A stretch of 64,000 nucleotides of DNA. Origin: Eledone cirrhosa (lineage: Eukaryota). This document shows positions 54,265-64,000 of this stretch, piece after piece. A program made the position numbers and the translations under genes. Where the stretch lies: contig OZ024750.1 in assembly GCA_964016885.1 (NCBI GenBank), positions 52,948,001-53,012,000 on the forward strand. Direction: 5' to 3'. Below the pieces are notes generated by a model. It searched no databases and was not told where the DNA came from. It worked only from the letters and a program-made list of their open reading frames with translations. Positions within the stretch are counted from its first letter, which is position 1, and every line of letters starts with the position of its first letter.

Positions 54265-55108
54265 GGATCCTATGTAATTCCAGGTGGAGTTACCCGAGAT
54301 GACCGTGGACATGTACACTAGGCTCGAATCGAGACATCTGTTCGCCAATGGGCACCTATCTGGTAGGTGACAGTTACAGTTTGAGGCGCTATTTTGTGCA
54401 GCTTTTACATTCCTGTTTAGTACTCTGTTATTGACTAGACATAGGGTTAGACACGTAACACCTGGAGTAAACGGCCAAAACACTAATAACGTAAACCCAA
54501 GAAACAATAGAAGAAACAGACAAAGAAAATACCTATGGTTCAACCCAATATTCAACTCCTCTATAAAAACTAGACTGCCCTCTACATTCTTTAAACTAAT
54601 AGATAAACACTTCCCTATCTCGCATAGGTATCACAAAATACTCAATAGATCTACTATAAAACTCTCATACTCAACAGCAGCTAACATAGAATCACACATA
54701 CGCAAGATCAACCACAGAAATATCTCTAGTAAATCAACTGCACCTATACATAACGTTGCACCAAATTATAAGCACAAACACATCACAACATCACAACCAC
54801 AAGCGCATACAAACGCGCAGCAGCAAAACCCCATTGGGCATATATCGCAACCCACTTATAACAGAGTACTAAACAGGAATGTAAAAGCTGCACAAAATAG
54901 CGCCTCAAACTGTAACTGTCACCTACCAGATAGGTGCCCATTGGCGAACAGATGTCTCGATTCGAGCCTAGTGTACATGTGCACGGTCATCTCGGGTAAC
55001 TCCACCTGGAATTACATAGGATCCACCGCGGGTTCTTTTAAAAAAAGATGGTATGTGCACAGACACTCAATGAAAAACCGTAAATATATGCGTATATTAC
55101 TTCGTTAA
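54265..55108 (+). mobile_element. Penelope-like element fragment (RT thumb/linker + start of GIY-YIG endonuclease) with a 5' inverted segment
   Basis: ORF 54431..55108: WFNP..F.KLIDKHFP..KILNRSTIKLSYS, CNCHLPDRCPL..RCL, LVY..YIGST..FKKRW..H. 54265-54431 is the reverse complement of 54858-55024 (1 mismatch). Confidence 0.88.
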
Positions 55109-55795
55109 CCTCTGTATTAACTCAACAACTATTTAGCTTTGACAGTGTTGCCCCACTCATGTATACTATTGAAGATGAAAAGAAAGACTGTAAACACTGG
55201 CTTATCTTTATAATTTAAAATTGATACACACTTCGATACTCTGTACATGCCAAACTCTTACTTTTGCCTCATGACAGCTAGTTTTACACGCCGTAACGTT
55301 AGATACATTATACCCCCCACCTAAGTAATGTCAGGGTCTCCTCAAATAATTTATTAATAGCATTGTTGTAATTGTTGTTATTGTTCTAATTGAATGCCAT
55401 TACTACTTCATATAGTAGCCTGTATATTCTTTTCTTGCCTGTGTATTTTCTTCATTCTCGCATGCTCCGAAGATCTGACTGGTTATAATTTTGTATTGGC
55501 GATCGAGTAACGTGAAAATAAGTGAATAGCGATCTCTAGACCTACCAGTTCAGAGAAACAATTGTCAGCTATGAGATTAAAAACCTTTTTTGTATAGCAA
55601 ACCATGTCAACCTTCTTTCCTGATTTATTATTACTCCAAGTGTTTACAACATAGGAATTATGGCATACCCGCAGCATCACTATGAAAACGCCTTGTTGAG
55701 TCAAACCAAGCCAAGCGTTAATATCATCCACTACCTGGAATACCATAACTGGACTATACCTAAGTGGACTGCATTTAACTATTATTTGTTACCCC

Positions 55796-55832
<37 letters not shown>

Positions 55833-56476
55833 TGAATCCTTAGTAAAAATTTTTAGACCCAAGAATTTTAGAATTGTTGAACACGGTCTGTGATTTCATG
55901 ATCATAAAACGGTAAAATAGATTTAAACACTTTTGTATTGGCTTCCGTTCCTTCTTTTAGAGTGAATTCTTTGATGTAATGTCCTGTTACTTTTGGTTTC
56001 ACTAGTTTTTAGAAGTATTTATCATACACACACACACACAAATATCTCCCTGCTTTAACATTATATATATATATGTGAAATTGTTCTTTTGTCTTTATAA
56101 CCAATGGTATTAACAGCATAAAGATGGCATCAGAACGAATTTTTTATTGCTGTAAGTACATTTTTACAACAAACAATGAAAGAATATAATTTGTACTATA
56201 AGTCAGGGAGTGGTGGTGGTAACGAAGCAGGGAGTGCTGGGGGATGGCGGCGGTGGCAGCTGCTGCTGCTGTAGTTTAACTCAACTTGTATCACTATAGA
56301 TTGGCTACTGTCTTTCTCTCTCTCTATGAAGGGCCCAGTCATTCCTTCGTTTTAGCTATATTTTATATTACGCATACGTACACATTTATATATATATATG
56401 TATATATATTACTCACTCTGGGGGTGGGAAAATTTGTTTTGATATATATACATTAAGAACATGTGTAAACACTTCC

Positions 56477-59400
56477 AGTCTGCCCCCACCATCGCCATCA
56501 TGTTCATTATAACAGTCTACCCCCACCACCGCCATCATGTTCATTATTATAACACCCTACCCCCACCACCGCCATCATGTTCATTATTATAACAGTCTAC
56601 CCCCACCACCGCCATCATGTTCATTATTATAACAGTCTACCCCCACCACCGCCATCACGTTCATTATTATAACACCCTACCCCCACCACCACCATCATGT
56701 TCATTATTATAACAGTCTACCCCCACCACCGCCATCATGTTCATTATTATAAGTCTACCCCCACCACCGCCATCATGTTCATTATTATAACACCCTACCC
56801 CCACCACCGCCATCACGTTCATTATTATAACAGTCTACCCCCACCACCGCCATCACGTTCATTATTATAACAGTCTACCCCCACCACCGCCATCACGTTC
56901 ATTATTATAACAGTCTACCCCCACCACCGCCATCATGTTCATTATTATAACACCCTACCCCCACCACCGCCATCACGTTCATTATTATAACAGTCTACCC
57001 CCACCACCGCCATCACGTTCATTATTATAACAGTCTACCCCCACCACCGCCATCACGTTCATTATTATAACAGTCTACCCCCACCACCGCCATCATGTTC
57101 ATTATTATAACACCCTACCCCCACCACCGCCATCACGTTCATTATTATAACAGTCTACCCCCACCACCGCCATCATGTTCATTATTATAACACCCTACCC
57201 CCACCACCGCCATCACGTTCATTATTATAACAGTCTACCCCCACCACCGCCATCATGTTCATTATTATAACACCCTACCCCCACCACCGCCATCACGTTC
57301 ATTATTATAACAGTCTACCCCCACCACCGCCATCACGTTCATTATTATAACAGTCTACCCCCACCACCGCCATCACGTTCATTATTATAACAGTCTACCC
57401 CCACCACCGCCATCACGTTCATTATTATAACAGTCCACCCCCACCACCGCCATCATGTTCATTATTATAACAGTCTACCCCCACCACCGCCATCATGTTC
57501 ATTATTATAACAGTCTACCCCCACCACCGCCATCATGTTCATTATTATAACAGTCTACCCCCACCACCGCCATCATGTTCATTATTATAACAGTCTACCC
57601 CCACCACCGCCATCATGTTCATTATTATAACAGTCTACCCCCACCACCGCCATCATGTTCATTATTATAACAGTCTACCCCCACCACCGCCATCATGTTC
57701 ATTATTATAACAGTCTACCCCCACCACCGCCATCATGTTCATTATTATAACAGTCTACCCCCACCACCGCCATCATGTTCATTATTATAACAGTCCACCC
57801 CCACCACCGCCATCACGTTCATTATTATAACAGTCTACCCCCACCACCCCCATCACGTTCATTATTATAACAGTCTACCCCCACCACCCCCATCACGTTC
57901 ATTATTATAACAGTCTACCCCCACCACCGCCATCATGTTCATTATTATAACAGTCTACCCCCACCACCGCCATCACGTTCATTATTATAACAGTCTACCC
58001 CCACCACCGCCATCACGTTCATTATTATAACAGTCTACCCCCACCACCGCCATCACGTTCATTATTATAACAGTCTACCCCCACCATCCCCATCATGTTC
58101 ATTATTATAACAGTCTACCCCCACCACCGCCATCACGTTCATTATTATAACAGTCTACCCCCACCACCGCCATCACGTTCATTATTATAACACCCTACCC
58201 CCACCACCGCCATCATGTTCATTATTATAACACCCTACCCCCACCACCGCCATCACGTTCATTATTATAACAGTCTACCCCCACCACCGCCATCACGTTC
58301 ATTATTATAACAGTCTACCCCCACCACCGCCATCACGTTCATTATTATAACAGTCTACCCCCACCACCGCCATCACGTTCATTATTATAACAGTCTACCC
58401 CCACCACCGCCATCACGTTCATTATTATAACACCCTACCCCCACCACCGCCATCACGTTCATTATTATAACAGTCTACCCCCACCACCGCCATCACGTTC
58501 ATTATTATAACACCCTACCCCCACCACCGCCATCACGTTCATTATTATAACAGTCTACCCCCACCACCGCCATCACGTTCATTATTATAAGTTTACCCCC
58601 ACCACCGCCATCACGTTCATTATTATAACAGTCTACCCCCACCACCGCCATCACGTTCATTATTATAACACCCTACCCCCACCACCGCCATCACGTTCAT
58701 TATTATAACACCCTACCCCCACCACCGCCATCACGTTCATTATTATAACAGTCTACCCCCACCACCGCCATCACGTTCATTATTATAACACCCTACCCCC
58801 ACCACCGCCATCACGTTCATTATTATAACACCCTACCCCCACCACCGCCATCATGTTCATTATTATAACACCCTACCCCCACCACCGCCATCACGTTCAT
58901 TATTATAACAGTCTACCCCCACCACCGCCATCACGTTCATTATTATAACACCCTACCCCCACCACCGCCATCACGTTCATTATTATAACACCCTACCCCC
59001 ACCACCGCCATCATGTTCATTATTATAACACCCTACCTCCACCACCGCCATCACGTTCATTATTATAACAGTCTACCCCCACCACCGCCATCACGTTCAT
59101 TATTATAACACCCTACCCCCACCACCGCCATCACGTTCATTATTATAACAGTCTACCCCCACCACCGCCATCACGTTCATTATTATAACACCCTACCCCC
59201 ACCACCGCCATCACGTTCATTATTATAACAGTCTACCCCCACCACCGCCATCACGTTCATTATTATAACAGTCTACCCCCACCACCGCCATCACGTTCAT
59301 TATTATAACACCCTACCCCCACCACCGCCATCACGTTCATTATTATAACAGTCTACCCCCACCACCGCCATCACGTTCATTATTATAACAGTCTACCCCC

Positions 59401-59868
59401 ACCACCGCCATCACGTTCATTATTATAACAGTCTACCCCCACCACCGCCATCACGTTCATTATTATAACACCCTACCCCCACCACCGCCATCACGTTCAT
59501 TATTATAACAGTCTACCCCCACCACCGCCATCACGTTCATTATTATAACAGTCTACCCCCACCACCGCCATCACGTTCATTATTATAACACCCTACCCCC
59601 ACCACCGCCATCACGTTCATTATTATAACAGTCTACCCCCACCACCGCCATCACGTTCATTATTATAACAGTCTACCCCCACCACCGCCATCACGTTCAT
59701 TATTATAACACCCTACCCCCACCACCGCCATCACGTTCATTATTATAACAGTCTACCCCCACCACCGCCATCACGTTCATTATTATAACACCCTACCCCC
59801 ACCACCGCCATCACGTTCATTATTATAACAGTCTACCCCCACCACCGCCATCACGTTCATTATTATAA
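56477..59868. repeat. 40-bp minisatellite, about 85 copies
   Basis: Unit CCCCACCACCGCCATCA(C/T)GTTCATTATTATAACA(GT/CC)CTAC. Confidence 0.97.
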
Positions 59869-60796
59869 TATTCTTTGTATTACCACCACCATGTTTATTA
59901 CGTCAAATACCGATTGTCTTACTTTTACTTTTTACCCAACTCTTTCGTTTTTACTTTTTTCAAATTTTAATTTTCAATTTTTTAAAAAACATCTCATTCT
60001 TTTTCTTAAGAAAAACTGTGGACATTAATTTTCATTGAATTATGAAATATTTTTTATTGCGTTAAAAAAGTTGACATTTCACATCGATAATCTTTTTCAA
60101 TATTCTTATTTGTTTTGTTGTATATAATTGATATTAATAATTGGAGCAATATTTGTTTCCAATGTTGCTCATCGTTGTATCAGTCAGTAATTGAATCATC
60201 GCTTCTGTTTACTCCACTCCTCTCCCACAGTTTCCTATTCTTTAAACTTCCTCTACAACTAAAAGCTGTAGTTCTTACTAATTATTATTTCTTACTGTTA
60301 AATTGCCAGTTTAGAGCCTTCAAAGAAAGCCAACGAAGGAAACATCCTAGACTCTGTTAAAAATAACAGCCAGGTCTCATTTAAATCATACACAGTCTTT
60401 TTAAAAAATAACGCATCCAATAATGATGGATTCTCTGTCGGTTTTGGTGATGAGTATTTAGTTATTCAACAAAAGTAAGTTGCAGTTGACAAAAATATCT
60501 AAATGAAAGTGGTGTCATTTTTAGCAAGCACGCAAATCTTAATTATTGCCGGTCTTCCTACACTAAACTTAACGTCCATAATTAAATGCTTATAAACCTA
60601 CTTAAAGAGATAGATAGACCCTTATTAACTCTGTTGAGAAATAAAATGGCGAAATTAACACACATAACTATTTCTCCACACCCTAGCCAATATTTTAAGA
60701 AATATAGACAGGCTGGTACTGACCACATTCCCAATAAGTGGTATTCCGTTTCTTCGCCAAAATGTAATAAATTTATGTCTAGGGATTTTATAATCA

Positions 60797-61150
60797 CTGT
60801 TTTACGTCCATTTTTCCACGTTAACATGGGTTAAACGAGTTGTCCTGTTGTGGGCAATGTCTTGCTCATACAAAACTGATTTTGGCTTGATTTCTACAGC
60901 TGGATGCCCTTCATAACATCAACCACATTTACAGTGAGTACCGGGTGCTTTTTGTCGTTTCACCTACACGACCACTTTAGTGTGGGCTGGGTGCTTTTTA
61001 CTGTATCACCATTATGACCGCTCTACAGTGTGGGCTGGGTGCTTTTTACCGTATCACCATCACAACCACTCTACAATGTGGGCTGGGGGCCTCATTGGAT
61101 GTATACCTGTCCTCATGGGAAATGCATTGTGGGGCATACTGTGTATATGG
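60797..61150 (-). mobile_element. RTE 3'UTR fragment
   Basis: TTTCTACAGCTGGATGCCCTTC tail motif; homologous to about 6570-6850. Confidence 0.7.
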
Positions 61151-61164
61151 CCTGTATGTGTGTG

Positions 61165-61224
<60 letters not shown>

Positions 61225-61291
61225 CAAGGTTTAGCAAATAAGAAAAAGTTTCAAAATAAATTTAAAAAAATTCACTGTATTTACTATGGTT

Positions 61292-61378
61292 ACCTTTACC
61301 GAATCGGTTTCGAGTCTCAAAAATAAATGGAAAGTCCCTGCGGGCTTCCATTGAAAAGATAAACTCTCGTCAGAAGGT
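61292..61378 (-). ncRNA. Type I hammerhead ribozyme with a long stem II
   Basis: Minus strand: ACCTT CTGACGA GAGTTT..AATGGAAG-CCC-GCA-GGG-AC-TTTCCATT..AGACTC GAAAC-CG-ATT-CG-GTA AAGGT. All core residues and all three stems are intact. Confidence 0.88.
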
Positions 61379-61706
61379 TCAATTCACTCGGAGAATATAA
61401 AATTCCCGAGTTCAAATTACGAACTGGCGCTATTCAAAATTGTTCCCGAGATGAGAATGAATGATGTGGAAGCAATTCTGTCCAGTGCCGCGTGTAAAGA
61501 TAGAACCATGAGGCAGGGATGTCAGTCTACAACCACTATAAATAGCAGCAGTCAAAATGACCAGATTTCATCTCGACCGGGGGAGATTAATAATAATAAG
61601 GTATAGATCCCTACACGCGAAAAACGAATAAGAACACATGTATTATCCAAACATATGCAAATGTGGTTCAATGTATATATATGTATATATGTATATATAT
61701 ATATAT

Positions 61707-61881
61707 GTAGGCAGACCCAGAAAAACCTGGGACGACCTGATAAATTCCGACCTCACACACTTACACCTCTCCAAGACAATGTCACTGGACCGAGACCTAT
61801 GGCGGTACTCAATAATAGAGAAGACCCGCCTTACCTAAATACAAAGTAAAACCTATTACAGTCAGTAGGCATCTCTAACAA
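61707..61881 (+). mobile_element. Short internal RTE fragment (GRPRKTWDD region)
   Basis: Near-identical to about 26055-26225. Confidence 0.85.
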
Positions 61882-63590
<1,709 letters not shown>

Positions 63591-64000
63591 TTTGGATTTA
63601 ATGCTCTGAAATAGCGATATATATGTGAAGAAAACAGAATATTCGAAAATATTCTGTATGTTTATAATAAACATTTTGAAGACCTAATCGCTATAGAATA
63701 GAATACGTCACGTATTACAATTTGAGATTCTCGATAAAAGCAAGGGAAGTAACCTACGCGTTTCATTCTTATTTGAAATCATCAGGATTACATATCCAAT
63801 GCTTTTATCGAGAATGACACAGCTAGAGACTTATAGAATACTTAGCTGTGTACAGGAACTGGTTTGAAAGAGCGGTTGCTGGTCCGGCAGAAATTAGAAT
63901 TTGGATTTAATGCTCTGAAATAGCGATATATATGTGAAGAAAACATAGAATATGCTAGCTGTGTCATTCTCGATAAAAGCATTGGATATGTAATCCTGAT
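63591..64000 (-). mobile_element. Second, diverged retrozyme array (unit about 309 bp), inverting to + at about 63954 and running off the window
   Basis: Homologous to the 310-bp unit. The unit start repeats at 63591 and 63900. From about 63955 the sequence is the opposite-strand CTAGCTGTGTCATTCTCG...GTAATCCTGAT. Confidence 0.9.
63749..63791 (-). ncRNA. Type I hammerhead ribozyme, variant
   Basis: Minus strand: GTAATC CTGATGA T-TTC-AAATAA-GAA-T GAAAC-GC-GTA GGTTAC. Confidence 0.88.

Noticed and set aside
40722-54321. Very long Y/I/C/V-rich ORFs (up to 1660 aa), and similar ones at 61875-63674, 31822-32967, 36389-37012 and 15892-17318
   Set aside because: Translations of microsatellites that happen to lack stop codons; no protein-like complexity.
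55460-55520. CCGAAGATC...GATCGAG resembling a decayed PLE hammerhead downstream of the PLE fragment
   Set aside because: Both core boxes are mutated and the stems are not supportable.

Overview
Animal (eukaryotic) genomic DNA, very repeat-rich and almost gene-free. The SINE and RTE repertoire and the huge (TA)n tracts suggest an octopus or other coleoid cephalopod; this is inferred from motif recall, not from a database search. Most ORFs in the track are microsatellite artefacts. Real content: decayed RTE, CR1 and L1/Tx1-like LINE pieces; tRNA-derived SINEs; a young non-autonomous LTR element (322-bp LTRs, GTCC TSD, long tRNA-Trp PBS); a Penelope-like (GIY-YIG) fragment; several mini/satellites derived from TE parts; and one candidate first exon. 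The main discovery is a set of type I hammerhead ribozymes (HHR). A near-homogeneous 310-bp tandem array (44533-49390, about 15.7 units, head-to-head inversion near 46260) carries one HHR per unit, which is the signature of a non-LTR retrozyme. A diverged sister array starts at 63591, with pairing-preserving stem changes and its own inversion. Two unrelated solitary HHRs lie at 38833-38879 (+) and 61292-61378 (-). All sit inside (TA)n microsatellites, and a Penelope-like fragment with the same inverted geometry lies about 5 kb from the main array.
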